Below, piece after piece: positions 19,225-29,212 of a DNA stretch of 64,000 bases. Location: NCBI GenBank assembly GCA_016790705.1, contig JAEUOT010000070.1, forward strand, positions 11,036 through 75,035. The letters are read 5' to 3'. The stretch comes from Hydrogenophaga sp. (GTDB lineage: Bacteria; Pseudomonadota; Gammaproteobacteria; Burkholderiales; Burkholderiaceae_C). The notes under the pieces were generated by a model, which worked only from the letters and a program-made list of their open reading frames with translations, was not told the origin of the DNA and did not search any database. The translations under genes were made by a program, and so were the position numbers. Position 1 is the stretch's first letter, and every line of letters starts with the position of its first letter.

Positions 19225-20399
19225 ATCATTCCGGGGAGACATCTGGTCAGTCCGTGCGCGACGTGCGGGCTGTGCTGCTGGTGGACGACGAGCCGCAGGC
19301 GCTCAAGTGGTTCGAGCGCTGCTATGGCGACGAATTTCCGGTGATCAAGGCGCAGGGTGCGGCCGAAGCGCTGGCCCTGCTGGAGTCGCGCGGCGACGAG
19401 ATCGCGGTGTTGCTGACCGATTACCGGATGCCCGTGCAGGACGGGGTGTCGCTGCTGACGATCGCACGACAGCGCTTTGCGCACGTATCGCGTGTGCTGA
19501 TGTCGGCCTATGCCGACAAGCATGTCGCGATGGCGGCCGTCAATCAGGGGCAGGTCTCGCAGATTCTGGAGAAGCCACTGGACGAGGCGCAGACGCGCCG
19601 CACGCTGCGCGAGGCGCGGGATGCGTGCCTGCAGCGCCTGCGGGAGCAGGCCTTGCTGCAGCGGCGGGACGACAGCCTGCGCGAGACGCTGGGCTTCCTG
19701 GCGCACGAGGTCGGCACGCCCCTCGCAACCGTCAGCGGCTATCTGCAGGCGATGCGCGAGCGCCATCAGTCGGCCGCGTGTGGCAGCGCGCAGGTGGCCT
19801 GCGTGGCGCAACGGCGGCCGGGAGAACTGCAGTCGATGCTTGATGCGGCGCAGCGGCGCACCGACTTCGCGCAATCGCTGGTGGCCAGCTTCGTGCGCAC
19901 GGCACGCGATGCGTACCGGGCGGACCACTCCGCCTCGTTGCAGGCCGCCGATCTGGTGCGCGAGGTGTGCGAAGGCTATCCCTTCGAAGGCGGCGAGTCC
20001 GGGTGGCTGGCACCGGACCTGTCGCAGGATTTCCGGTTGCCGGGGCAGCGCGACCTGGTCTATCTGGTGCTGTGCACCCTGGTCAAGAACGCGCTGCTGG
20101 CCCTTCGCGCCGCGCCCCCGGTCCATCCTTCGGTCCGGCTGGTGCTGGGACGCACGGGGTCGGTGGGCACGATCGAGGTTGCCGACAACGGTCCCGGCAT
20201 CGCGCCGCAGGTGCTGGCGCGACTGTCACACGAGCCGTTCACCACCCGCGCCGACAGCGGCGGCAGCGGCATGGGGCTGGTGTTCTGCCGGCGCGTCATG
20301 GTGTCCATGGGCGGCGACATCCAGGTCCAGTCCGTGCCCGGCGAAGGCACGACGGTCCGACTCCTATTCACTCTCAGGGAAGAACAACAAGACTCATGA
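19221..20399 (+). CDS. phcR: PhcR-like response regulator with C-terminal kinase domain (REC-HisKA-HATPase)
   Basis: LLVDDE, LTDYRMP; FLAHEVGTPL; DNGPGI; GSGMGL; ATGA overlap with phcS. Confidence 0.8.
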   Translation: MNHSGETSGQSVRDVRAVLLVDDEPQALKWFERCYGDEFPVIKAQGAAEALALLESRGDEIAVLLTDYRMPVQDGVSLLTIARQRFAHVSRVLMSAYADKHVAMAAVNQGQVSQILEKPLDEAQTRRTLREARDACLQRLREQALLQRRDDSLRETLGFLAHEVGTPLATVSGYLQAMRERHQSAACGSAQVACVAQRRPGELQSMLDAAQRRTDFAQSLVASFVRTARDAYRADHSASLQAADLVREVCEGYPFEGGESGWLAPDLSQDFRLPGQRDLVYLVLCTLVKNALLALRAAPPVHPSVRLVLGRTGSVGTIEVADNGPGIAPQVLARLSHEPFTTRADSGGSGMGLVFCRRVMVSMGGDIQVQSVPGEGTTVRLLFTLREEQQDS

Positions 20400-20408
20400 G
20401 GTATGCCG

Positions 20409-21359
20409 ATGAAACCCGAAAAGATCCTGTACGTCGACGACGAGGCGATCGCCCTGAAGTACTTCGAGCGGCTGGTGGGGCCCCTGGCCCCGGTGCTCAC
20501 GGCCGCCTCGGTCGAGGAAGGTCGGGCGATCCTGGCGGTGCACGGGGCGGAGATCGCAGCGCTGATCTGTGACCAGCGCATGCCGGGCGAACGCGGCAAC
20601 GAGCTGCTGCGCCATGCCCGCCAGCACTATCCGCACATCGTGCGCATGCTGACCACGGCGTACTCGGAGCTTGGCGAGGCGATCGATGCCATCAATACCG
20701 GCGAGATCTACCGCTACATCTCCAAGCCCTGGGAGCTGGAGTCGCTGCGCACCGACCTGAAGAACGCCCTGGAGCTGTCGGCGCTGCGCTGCGAGCGCGA
20801 TGGCCTGTTGCGCGACAAGATGCTGGCGCTGCAGGGCCAGTTGCTGGCCGGACGGCTGGGTGCCTTGCTGGTGGCGGGTGCCGGCGTGGTCGAGGGGCCG
20901 CCCGAGCACGCGGTCTATCGCTGCGCCCAGGCCTTGCTCGTGATGGGCACGCTGGACCCGGCCGTCGACTGGAACCGCTGGGACTACGCCGACATCCATC
21001 AGGCCGAGGCGCGACGCGGGGTGGCCCTGGTCGATCACCTGCGCCACTGGTTGCGGCGCTGGGGCGCGGCACCCGATGGCGGGACGCCCCTGGCGCTGCT
21101 GCACCAGGTCCTGGGTGGCGAGATCCGTGGGGGCGTGCTGCACCTGACACGGGCGGATGCCTGCTCGGCGCTGTTCTCGGCGCCGGCGGGACAACTGCCG
21201 ACGCTGGAGGACTGCGCCTGGCCAGCCTGGCAACTGTGGACGGGCGGGCGTTACGCGCTGGCGCCTGCCGCGTCAGGCGGATGGACCGTGCAGGAGGTGC
21301 CCCCGGAGTTCCCGGGCAAGGACTGGCTGGCCAGCGCGATCGAGCATCTGCACGGCTGA
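20409..21359 (+). CDS. phcQ: PhcQ-like receiver protein with uncharacterised C-terminal domain
   Basis: ILYVDDE, ICDQRMP, MLTTAY, YISKPW; no DNA-binding domain; fourth gene of operon (alternative start 20403). Confidence 0.75.
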   Translation: MKPEKILYVDDEAIALKYFERLVGPLAPVLTAASVEEGRAILAVHGAEIAALICDQRMPGERGNELLRHARQHYPHIVRMLTTAYSELGEAIDAINTGEIYRYISKPWELESLRTDLKNALELSALRCERDGLLRDKMLALQGQLLAGRLGALLVAGAGVVEGPPEHAVYRCAQALLVMGTLDPAVDWNRWDYADIHQAEARRGVALVDHLRHWLRRWGAAPDGGTPLALLHQVLGGEIRGGVLHLTRADACSALFSAPAGQLPTLEDCAWPAWQLWTGGRYALAPAASGGWTVQEVPPEFPGKDWLASAIEHLHG

Positions 21360-21364
21360 TCGCC

Positions 21365-21793
21365 TCAGACCAGGCGCAGACCGACCTCGATGTTGCCTCG
21401 CGTGGCATTCGAGTACGGGCAGACCTGGTGGGCGGTGTCGATCAGGTCCTGGGCCACGGCGCGGTCCAGGCCGGGCAGGCTGATGGCCAGCCGGGCGGCA
21501 ATGCCGAAGCCGGCCGGAATCGGTCCGATGTCCACTTCTGCGTCGATGGACGCGTCGGCGGGAATGGCGACCTTCTTCATGGAGGCGACATGCTTGAGCG
21601 CGCCCATGAAGCAGGCCGAATAGCCTGCAGCAAACAGCTGCTCGGGGTTGGTCGCGGTGCCGGCGCCGCCCATGGCCTTGGGCGGTGTCAGCTTGATGTC
21701 GAGCAGGCCGTCGTCGCTGCGCGAGGCGCCTTCACGACCCCCGGTGGTGTGGGCGCGGGCGGTGTAGATCACTTTTTGCAGGGGGGTGGTCAT
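21365..21793 (-). CDS. ohr: Organic hydroperoxide resistance protein Ohr
   Basis: TGGREG, TNPEQLFAAGYSACF, VCPYSNATRGN. Confidence 0.97.
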   Translation of the reverse strand: MTTPLQKVIYTARAHTTGGREGASRSDDGLLDIKLTPPKAMGGAGTATNPEQLFAAGYSACFMGALKHVASMKKVAIPADASIDAEVDIGPIPAGFGIAARLAISLPGLDRAVAQDLIDTAHQVCPYSNATRGNIEVGLRLV

Positions 21794-21836
21794 GGAGACT
21801 CCTTTGGGTGTGGGTGGAGGGGAGGGGACAAGGCGC

Positions 21837-22286
21837 TCAGTCGGTCAGCCGGCGGCGCAGTGATTGAAGCTGGCGGGTCAGCGCGAGCACTTCGTCGAGA
21901 TTGCACTGCACCGCCTGCATGACGCATTCGGGGATCTTTTTGGCACGGGCCTTCACCTGTCGGCCGGTCGGGCTCAGCCGTATCACGACACGGCGCTCGT
22001 CGGCGGAGTCACGCTGCCGCGTCAGCAGTCCGGCGCTTTCAAGCCGCTTGAGCAGCGGCGTCAGGGTGCCGGAGTCAAGGAACAGTCGTTCACCCAGCTC
22101 CGACACAGTCACGCCGTCGCGCTCCCACAGGGACAGCATCACCAGGTATTGCGGGTAGGTCAGTCCGAGGGTGCCCAGCAGGGGCTTGTAGAGCTTGGTC
22201 ATCGCCAGCGACGACGAATAGAGCGCGAAACAGAGCTGGTTGTCCAGCGCAAGGGCCTGTTCGGCGGAGAGGGGGGTGTTGGGCAT
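21837..22286 (-). CDS. ohrR: OhrR MarR-family regulator
   Basis: LDNQLCFALYS, LTYPQYLV, LDSGTLTPLLKRLE. Confidence 0.95.
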   Translation of the reverse strand: MPNTPLSAEQALALDNQLCFALYSSSLAMTKLYKPLLGTLGLTYPQYLVMLSLWERDGVTVSELGERLFLDSGTLTPLLKRLESAGLLTRQRDSADERRVVIRLSPTGRQVKARAKKIPECVMQAVQCNLDEVLALTRQLQSLRRRLTD

Positions 22287-22303
22287 GGCGAAAGTGTAGT
22301 GAT

Positions 22304-22329
22304 CAATTAAATTGCGTGCAATTTAATTG
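22304..22329. promoter_or_regulatory. OhrR operator
   Basis: Perfect inverted repeat CAATTAAATTGC-GT-GCAATTTAATTG just upstream of ohrR. Confidence 0.85.
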
Positions 22330-22383
22330 GCAAGACCGCAAAGCCTGTGCGGGCATGAGGTTGGAACAGACCGGCCTGAGCGC

Positions 22384-23427
22384 TCAGACCGTCAGTGGTG
22401 CGGCCTGCATGGCCTCGATCTGGTCGGTCAGCAGGTCGACCTGCCCCTGCCAGAAGTCGCGTCCGCCGAACCAGGGGAAGTTGATCGGAAAGGCCGGGTC
22501 GTCCCAGCGGCGGGCGATCCAGGCGCTGTAATGGATCAGGCGCAGCGTTCGCAGCGGTTCGATCAGCGCCAGTTCGCGCCGGTCGAACGGCCGGAACTGC
22601 TCATAGCCGTCGATCAGGGCGCCCAGTTGCTGTGTCTGCTGGCGCCGCTCCCCCGAGAGCAGCATCCACAGGTCCTGCACCGCCGGTCCGGCCCTTGCAT
22701 CGTCGAGGTCGACGAAATGCGGTCCAGCGCCGGCCTCGCCTTCCGGCGTCCACAGCACATTGCCCGGATGGCAATCGCCATGCAACCGAAGGCGGCGAAT
22801 ACCGTCCATCGCGGCGCCTTCCGCACGGAGCGCGGGGTGGCTTTCGATCAGTGTCAGGGCCTCGTCCAGCACCCGCGTCCAGGCCGAGCGGACCTCGGGG
22901 GCGACGGCGCCGTGTTCCAGCAGCCAGTCGCGCGGCTCACGAAGGAAGGTCTCGGCGTCCAGCGAGGGCCGATGGACGAAGCGTGCGGCCTCTCCGACCG
23001 TGTGGATGCGAGCCAGAAAGCGGCCGATCCATTCGAGCACGTCGAAGTCCTCCAGATCCGGACGACGGCCCCCGCGTCGCGGGCTCACCGCAAACACAAA
23101 GCCGCCAAAGCGGTGCATGGTCTGACCGTCCAGCGCCAGCGGCGCCACGACCGGCACCTCGGCGGCCGCCAGCTCGGCCGAGAAGGCGTGTTCTTCCGCA
23201 ATCTGCGCGTCGCTCCAGCGCTCGGGCCGGTAAAACTTGACCACCACCTGGTCATGCCCCTGGGTGGGCGACTCCAGATGCATCTGATAGACCCGGTTCT
23301 CGTAGCTGCTCAGGGCGGCCAGCCGCCCGTCTCCCCAGAGGCCGACCGAGGCCAGCGCGTCCTGCACCACATCGGGTGTCAGGGCGCTGTAGGGGTGCGG
23401 CAACGGTGCATGTTCGGCGAGGCTCAT
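22384..23427 (-). CDS. srkA: Stress response Ser/Thr kinase SrkA (RdoA/YihE)
   Basis: LSSYENRVY, KFYRPERW, LHGDCHPGN, DLDD, AVQDLWM, WDDPAFP. Confidence 0.92.
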   Translation of the reverse strand: MSLAEHAPLPHPYSALTPDVVQDALASVGLWGDGRLAALSSYENRVYQMHLESPTQGHDQVVVKFYRPERWSDAQIAEEHAFSAELAAAEVPVVAPLALDGQTMHRFGGFVFAVSPRRGGRRPDLEDFDVLEWIGRFLARIHTVGEAARFVHRPSLDAETFLREPRDWLLEHGAVAPEVRSAWTRVLDEALTLIESHPALRAEGAAMDGIRRLRLHGDCHPGNVLWTPEGEAGAGPHFVDLDDARAGPAVQDLWMLLSGERRQQTQQLGALIDGYEQFRPFDRRELALIEPLRTLRLIHYSAWIARRWDDPAFPINFPWFGGRDFWQGQVDLLTDQIEAMQAAPLTV

Positions 23428-23466
23428 GCCTGCATTGTCCCCTTGTCCGCGTGCCAGAATCAAAGG

Positions 23467-23889
23467 ATGGCAAGAATCCGCAGAGCCCGTCTCCACCTCA
23501 TCCGGCGCGGGCTTTTTTACTCCCTGGGCCTGTGCGTCGTGATCCTGCTGCTGGGCGGGATCGGTTTCTGGTGGCTGGAGCCCGGCATCCGCAGCCTGCA
23601 GGATGGCTTGTGGCTGGCGTTCACCACCGCCGCCACCGTGGGCTACGGCGATCTGGTGCCGCGCACCCATGTCGGCCGCGCCTTCTCCGTGGTGGTCGTG
23701 TTGCTGGGGCTGGCGGTGCTGTCCCTGGTGACGGCCTCGCTGGCCGCGCTGTTTGTCGAGCAGGAAGTGGAAGAAGAGGAACACCAGATCGAGCGCGACC
23801 TGATGCGGGAAATTCACGCCCTGCGTCGGCAGGTCGAGTTGCTGCATGAGCGTCTGGATCGCAACCAGCAGGGGCCAAGCCGTCCATGA
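23467..23889 (+). CDS. Minimal 2-TM potassium channel (KcsA-like)
   Basis: Selectivity filter TVGYGD between two TM helices, short coiled-coil tail. Confidence 0.9.
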   Translation: MARIRRARLHLIRRGLFYSLGLCVVILLLGGIGFWWLEPGIRSLQDGLWLAFTTAATVGYGDLVPRTHVGRAFSVVVVLLGLAVLSLVTASLAALFVEQEVEEEEHQIERDLMREIHALRRQVELLHERLDRNQQGPSRP

Positions 23890-24737
23890 AAGCCGTCCGT
23901 ACCTTGCAGGAGCAGTTGCCCGAGCTGCGCGAAGGCCAGTCGGTCGAGCTGCTCAAGGAGCTGCACATCCTCACGCGGGAGGGCAAGCTCAACCAGGACA
24001 CCCGCCGCAAACTCAAGCAGGTCTATCACCTCGTGCAGTTCATCGAGCCGCTGCTCGACGAGGTGCTCCGGGACCGCGGTGACGTGACGCTGGCCGACCA
24101 CGGCGCGGGCAAGTCGTACCTGGGCTTCATCCTGTACGACCTGTTCTTCAAGTCGCGTGCAACCGGCTGGGTGTATGGCGTCGAAACCCGCTCGGAGCTG
24201 GTGGAGAAGTCGCGCGCACTGGCGCTGCGGCTGGGTTTTGGGCGAATGGCGTTTCTGGCGACCACCGTTCAGCAGGCGCTCGACCATCCCGAACTGCCGG
24301 CGCAGATCGATGTCGTGACCGCGCTGCATGCCTGCGACACCGCGACCGACGATGCGATCGCGTTCGGCCTGGCCAAGCAGGCGCGGTTCATGGTTCTGGT
24401 CCCTTGCTGCCAGGCGGAGGTGGCGTCGGTGATGAGGCAGCACAAGGCGCTGTCGCTTTCGCGAACGCCCTTGGCCGAGCTCTGGCGACACCCTTTGCAC
24501 ACCCGCGAGTTCGGCAGCCAGATCACCAATGTGCTGCGTTGCCTGCAGCTCGAAGCGCATGGCTACCAGGTGACGGTGACCGAGCTTGTGGGCTGGGAGC
24601 ACTCGATGAAGAACGAGCTGATCCTGGCACGCCGTCAGGGCGTCGGCCAGGGCCAGCGTCAGCGGGCGCGCGAGCGCCTGCTGCAGATCCTGGATGAACT
24701 GGGCCTGCAGCCGCTCAAGGACCGCTTCGCGGTCTGA
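23886..24737 (+). CDS. SAM-dependent methyltransferase
   Basis: DHGAGKSYLG, ALHACDTATD, VPCCQ, EHSMKN. Confidence 0.88.
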   Translation: MKAVRTLQEQLPELREGQSVELLKELHILTREGKLNQDTRRKLKQVYHLVQFIEPLLDEVLRDRGDVTLADHGAGKSYLGFILYDLFFKSRATGWVYGVETRSELVEKSRALALRLGFGRMAFLATTVQQALDHPELPAQIDVVTALHACDTATDDAIAFGLAKQARFMVLVPCCQAEVASVMRQHKALSLSRTPLAELWRHPLHTREFGSQITNVLRCLQLEAHGYQVTVTELVGWEHSMKNELILARRQGVGQGQRQRARERLLQILDELGLQPLKDRFAV

Positions 24738-24746
24738 GCGGCGCGC

Positions 24747-25424
24747 TTACTTGGCGGCCTTGGAAGGTGCCTTGGTGGCGGGTGCGGGCGCTGCGGCCGG
24801 CGTGGACGTTGCGGCCTTGAGCTTGTCGCCGATGGCTTTCTCCAGCGCCTGCACACGGGGCTCGACGGAGGCCTTGGTCTCGGCCACCAGCTTGCCCTGA
24901 AGGGCCTGCTGCATTTCGCCGCCGAACTGCTGGTACTTCGCGAACGCGGGCGATTCCAGCAGCGCGATGACCTGCTTGAGCTCGTCTTCCGAGAATTGGG
25001 CTTCAAGCATCGGTCCGATGGTGGCCGGGGCGAGTTGCTGGGCGCTCTTGCGCACTTGCGGCACCGTCTCCTTGAGGTATTTCTGGATTTCCTCTCGGAC
25101 TTCCTTGGCGATCGCCTCCTGGCGCTCCCGGGGGATCTTGGCAGCGATCACCTCGGATGCACGACCGCCAAGCAACAAGGCCGGCTCTTCGGTCATGGCC
25201 GTGGCCAGCCGTTCCACGCCGCCTTGCTGGAGCTTGAGCACGCGTTGCACCAGCTCTTTTTTGGCAGGGCTTGCGGGGGGCTGCGCGGGCGCCTGGGGCG
25301 AGGCTGCGGCGGGAGCGGCAGCGGCCGGCGCTGCGGGTGCCGTCGTGGATTGGGCGAAAGCACCGCCGCAGGACAGGGCCAGGGCGAGTGCAAGCAAGGG
25401 GGGGCGTAGGGTTCGGGTGGTCAT
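24747..25424 (-). CDS. Exported DUF2059-like protein
   Basis: Signal peptide, Ala/Pro linker, FSEDELKQVIALLESP. Confidence 0.75.
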   Translation of the reverse strand: MTTRTLRPPLLALALALSCGGAFAQSTTAPAAPAAAAPAAASPQAPAQPPASPAKKELVQRVLKLQQGGVERLATAMTEEPALLLGGRASEVIAAKIPRERQEAIAKEVREEIQKYLKETVPQVRKSAQQLAPATIGPMLEAQFSEDELKQVIALLESPAFAKYQQFGGEMQQALQGKLVAETKASVEPRVQALEKAIGDKLKAATSTPAAAPAPATKAPSKAAK

Positions 25425-25622
25425 GCCACATGGTAGCGCGGCCACGTAAAGCTTCTGTAACGCCGTCCGATCCGGCGCGCAGATCCGGCATGGCGATGAC
25501 GCGGTGGTGTCAAGTCGCGCCGAGAGCCTGTACACCGAGGTGGGAATTGCGTTTTTGCCCTCGTGCTGCGGGGATGGTACAAACTGGCCCCCGGGCTGAG
25601 TCCCGCCACCGGAGCGAATCCT

Positions 25623-26807
25623 GTGACCGACCTGTCCTTTCTGCTTCAGTCGATGGCCTGGCCCCTGGTGCTGCTGCTGGCCTGGTATCTGGGTGAGCGG
25701 CTGCACGACGCAGCCAACCTGCCGCGTGTCACCAGCTACTCGGCGGTCGGGCTGGTGGCCAGTCTGGTCAACCTGCCTGGCCTGACCGAGGAGGTGCCTG
25801 GTCTCCCGTTTCTGGCCAACGTGGCGCTATCGCTGGTTCTCTTCGAGCTGGGTAGCCGTATCCACCTCCAATGGTTTCGCCACAACCCGTGGGTGTTGCT
25901 GCTGGGGCTGACGGAGTCGCTGGTGACGCTGGCGGCGGTGTACTGGGCCACAGGCTTCTTCGGGTTGACCACCGACATGCGGCTGATCATCGCCGCGCTG
26001 TCGGTGTCGGCGTCGCCCGCCGGCATCGTGCGGGTGGGCAACGAGCTGCGCAGTGCGGGGCAGGTGACCGAGCGCGTGCTGCACCTGTGCGCCATCAACT
26101 GCCTGGTGGCGGCGCTGTCGCTGAACCTGGTGGTGGGCTACTGGCATCTTTCGACGTCCGGTGATCTGGTGCGTGCCGCGTTTGGCAGCGTGCATGTGCT
26201 GGCGACCTCGGTGGCGGTCGGTGGCCTGCTGGGTGTCGTGGTGCCGGCGCTGCTGCGCTCGCAGCGCATCGAGGAGCGCGACGCCACACAGGTGTTCGCG
26301 CTGGCGGTGGTGTTGCTGACGGCCATGGCCTATGGCCTGAAGCTTTCCCCTCTGCTCGCCTCGTTGACCTTCGGCATCGTGGCACGCCAGCGGCGCGTGC
26401 ACCTGACCAATGCGCAACGCGGTTTCGGTACCGCGGGCGACCTGATGACCCTGTTCCTGTTTGTCTACATCGCGGCCCTGCTGGAATGGCGCGACATTCA
26501 TCATGGCATCTGGCTGGGACTGGCGCTGATCGTGGTGCGCACGGCCAGCAAGGTGCTGTGCAACGTCGCCGCCGCGCGTCTGTCGGGCAGCACCGAACGC
26601 AAGGGTTTGCTGACCGGGCTGGCGCTGACGCCGATGTCGGCCTACGCGATCTTGCTGCTGGAGCAAAGCCGCCTGTACGGGTTCGAGCCGGCGCGCGAGG
26701 TGCTGATGACGCTGGCGTTCCTGCTGCTGCTGCAGGAGCTGTTCGGGCCGCTGGTGACGCAGCGTGCGCTGCAGGCGGCGCGCGAAACCCACGTGACGAG
26801 GGAGTGA
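25623..26807 (+). CDS. Cation:proton antiporter (CPA family)
   Basis: About 12 TM helices, LFELG, SASPA; GTG start after GGAG. Confidence 0.82.
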   Translation: MTDLSFLLQSMAWPLVLLLAWYLGERLHDAANLPRVTSYSAVGLVASLVNLPGLTEEVPGLPFLANVALSLVLFELGSRIHLQWFRHNPWVLLLGLTESLVTLAAVYWATGFFGLTTDMRLIIAALSVSASPAGIVRVGNELRSAGQVTERVLHLCAINCLVAALSLNLVVGYWHLSTSGDLVRAAFGSVHVLATSVAVGGLLGVVVPALLRSQRIEERDATQVFALAVVLLTAMAYGLKLSPLLASLTFGIVARQRRVHLTNAQRGFGTAGDLMTLFLFVYIAALLEWRDIHHGIWLGLALIVVRTASKVLCNVAAARLSGSTERKGLLTGLALTPMSAYAILLLEQSRLYGFEPAREVLMTLAFLLLLQELFGPLVTQRALQAARETHVTRE

Positions 26808-26810
26808 CCG

Positions 26811-27932
26811 ATGCCGTTGGAAACCTTCAAGGCCTCCGAATCGCTCACGCTGGGCGTCGAGCTGGAACTGCAGCTCGTGAACACCTACGACATGGACCTC
26901 TCCAGCAGTGCCAACGATCTGCTGGAGTTGCTCTCGCGCAAGCCGTTCCCGGGTGTGGTCACGCCCGAGATGACGCAGAGCATGATCGAGATCGCCACCG
27001 ATGTGCAGCGCGCGCACGGTCCGTTGCTGGCGCAGTTGCGCGAGATCCGCGACACCCTGGTGCGCGCCGGCGACCGGCTCAATGTCGCGCTGGCCGGCGG
27101 CGGGACGCATCCGTTCCAGCGCTGGTTCGAGCAGCGCATTTTCAGCAAGCCGCGCTTCGAGCAGCTTTCCGGGCTGTACGGGTACCTGGCCAAGCAGTTC
27201 ACCGTGTTCGGGCAGCATGTGCACGTCGGCTGCAGCTCGCCCGACGAAGCGCTGTTCCTGCTGCATTCGCTCAACCGCTATGTGCCGCATTTCATCGCGC
27301 TCTCGGCGTCGTCGCCGTTCTTTCAGGGCGTGGACACGCTGTTCGACTCGGCGCGGCTGAACTCGGTGTTTGCCTTTCCGCTCAGCGGACGGGCGCCGTT
27401 CACGCTCAGTTGGGACGAGTTCTCCAACGTCTACTTCACGAAGATGGAGAGCACCGGCGTGGTCAAGTCCATGAAGGACTTCTACTGGGACATCCGGCCC
27501 AAGCCCGAATACGGCACCATCGAGCTGCGGGTTTGCGACACCCCGTTGACGGTCGAGAGGGCCGCTGCGCTGGCGTGTTACCTGCAGTGCATCTGCCGCC
27601 ACCTGTTACAGCGCGACGAGCCGCCGCCGGTCGAAGACGACTACCTTGTTTACACCTACAACCGCTTCCAGGCCTGCCGTTTCGGCTTGGACGGCACCAT
27701 GGTCAACCCCCGTTCCCGCGAGCAGGTCAGCATTCGCGAGGACATCCTCGCGACCCTTCGACGGCTGGGACCGCATGCCGATGCGCTGGGTGCGCAGGGG
27801 GCGCTCGACGAAATCGAACGTACTGCCGCCAACGCCGGAAACCACGCCAGCTTCCTGAGAAAGTCTTACGCCGAGAGTGGCAGCGTGCAGGGCGTGGTCG
27901 CTTCGGCGGTGGACGCGCTGCGCGCCGAGTGA
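26811..27932 (+). CDS. ybdK: YbdK carboxylate-amine ligase (glutamate-cysteine ligase 2)
   Basis: [41 protein letters not shown]. Confidence 0.93.
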   Translation: MPLETFKASESLTLGVELELQLVNTYDMDLSSSANDLLELLSRKPFPGVVTPEMTQSMIEIATDVQRAHGPLLAQLREIRDTLVRAGDRLNVALAGGGTHPFQRWFEQRIFSKPRFEQLSGLYGYLAKQFTVFGQHVHVGCSSPDEALFLLHSLNRYVPHFIALSASSPFFQGVDTLFDSARLNSVFAFPLSGRAPFTLSWDEFSNVYFTKMESTGVVKSMKDFYWDIRPKPEYGTIELRVCDTPLTVERAAALACYLQCICRHLLQRDEPPPVEDDYLVYTYNRFQACRFGLDGTMVNPRSREQVSIREDILATLRRLGPHADALGAQGALDEIERTAANAGNHASFLRKSYAESGSVQGVVASAVDALRAE

Positions 27933-28003
27933 CGCTGTTCGAGGCGATGGTGCGCGCAGCCATCGGCGGAAAACTGCAGGGGATTTCCCCGTCTTCTCAC
28001 CCC

Positions 28004-28014
28004 TTGTCAGACAA
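28004..28014. promoter_or_regulatory. Candidate GntR/FadR-type site TTGTCAGACAA
   Basis: Perfect palindrome TTGTC-A-GACAA upstream of the small ORF. Confidence 0.45.
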
Positions 28015-28128
28015 CTTCCTACAGCCTGAATGGCGAGGCGCCGACTTAACGGCTTGAAACAAGACAAATACAGTTTGTCACATCGACAAACAACTTGTTT
28101 TCAACCCGTTTTTCTCCAGGACACCGCC

Positions 28129-28386
28129 ATGAACTCCACCGCCAACCGCCTCAACCCCTTCGTCCTCATGCTCGATCCGGAAGCCGTGATCAACGCGATG
28201 GAAAGCAGCCGCAACCTGCGCGGTCTGCGCCACAGGGTCTGCCGTCCCCTGGACAAGCCCCTGATCCCGATCACCCACCCGATCACGCGGGATTACGACG
28301 CCGCCATCGATGCAGAGGACTTCATGGACTCGGGCATCGAGTACTACGCCGCCGCACAACCGGCCCTGCAGCACGCCATCCACTGA
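28129..28386 (+). CDS. Small hypothetical protein (85 aa)
   Basis: AGGA RBS, GC3-rich codons; MNSTANRLNPFVLMLDPEAVINAMESSRNLRGLRHRVCRPLDKP. Confidence 0.78.
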   Translation: MNSTANRLNPFVLMLDPEAVINAMESSRNLRGLRHRVCRPLDKPLIPITHPITRDYDAAIDAEDFMDSGIEYYAAAQPALQHAIH

Positions 28387-29208
28387 TCACCTGGCAAACC
28401 GCTGCCGCGTGAGCGCCAGGGCGATCCAGAACGCCGCCAGCGCATACGCCGCCAGCACCGCCAGGTGCACCAGGGGCCGATCGGGCCACTGGTCCAGGAA
28501 CAGAGGGCGCACGAGAGCCACCGCGTTGGTCAGCGGCAGCCACTCGGAGACGGTCCTGACGAAACCTGGAAGCTGTTCCCGCGGAAAGAAGACGCCCGAG
28601 AGAAACATCATCGGTGTCAGGAACAGCGTGAAGTAGTAGGTGAAGAAGTCGTAGCCCTGGGCCAGCGCATTGAACACCAGGGCGATGCATGAGAAGGTGA
28701 TGCCCGCCACCAGCAGGACCGGCAACACCAGCAGCAGTTTCGGCGAATGGCTGATGCCCAGCGCGAGCATCACGCCCAGGATGGCGATCACCGTGAACAG
28801 GGCTTTGAACGCCGCCCACAGCATCTCGGCCAGCACCACATCGTCCAGCCGCACGGGCGCGTTCATGATGCCGTCCCAGGTCTTCTGCACATGCATGCGC
28901 GAGAACGCCGAGTACAGCGCCTCGAAGCTGGCGGCATTCATCGCGCTCATGCAGATGGAGCCGCTGGCCAGGAACAGGATGTAGGGCACGGAGGCATTGC
29001 CCTGCGGCGTTGCCATCTCGACCTGGCCGACCAGCGCGCCCATGCCATAGCCGAAGGCCACCAGCCACATCAGCGGCTCGGCGATGTTGCCCACAAGGCT
29101 GGGGATGGCCAGCTTGCGCCAGACCAGCAGGTTGCGCCGGAACACCGGCCACCAGCGCATGGACAAGCGGGGTGCGACCCAATGGGAAGTGGACGTGTGG
29201 GTGGTCAT
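28387..29208 (-). CDS. ABC-2 permease, NodJ-like
   Basis: VFRRNLLVWRK, GNIAEPL, QKTWDGIMNAP, FLSGVFFP. Confidence 0.88.
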   Translation of the reverse strand: MTTHTSTSHWVAPRLSMRWWPVFRRNLLVWRKLAIPSLVGNIAEPLMWLVAFGYGMGALVGQVEMATPQGNASVPYILFLASGSICMSAMNAASFEALYSAFSRMHVQKTWDGIMNAPVRLDDVVLAEMLWAAFKALFTVIAILGVMLALGISHSPKLLLVLPVLLVAGITFSCIALVFNALAQGYDFFTYYFTLFLTPMMFLSGVFFPREQLPGFVRTVSEWLPLTNAVALVRPLFLDQWPDRPLVHLAVLAAYALAAFWIALALTRQRFAR

Positions 29209-29212
29209 ACAG

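Noticed and set aside
16294-21364. phc operon as a mobile island
   Set aside because: No integrase, tRNA, flanking direct repeats or clear compositional shift is visible.
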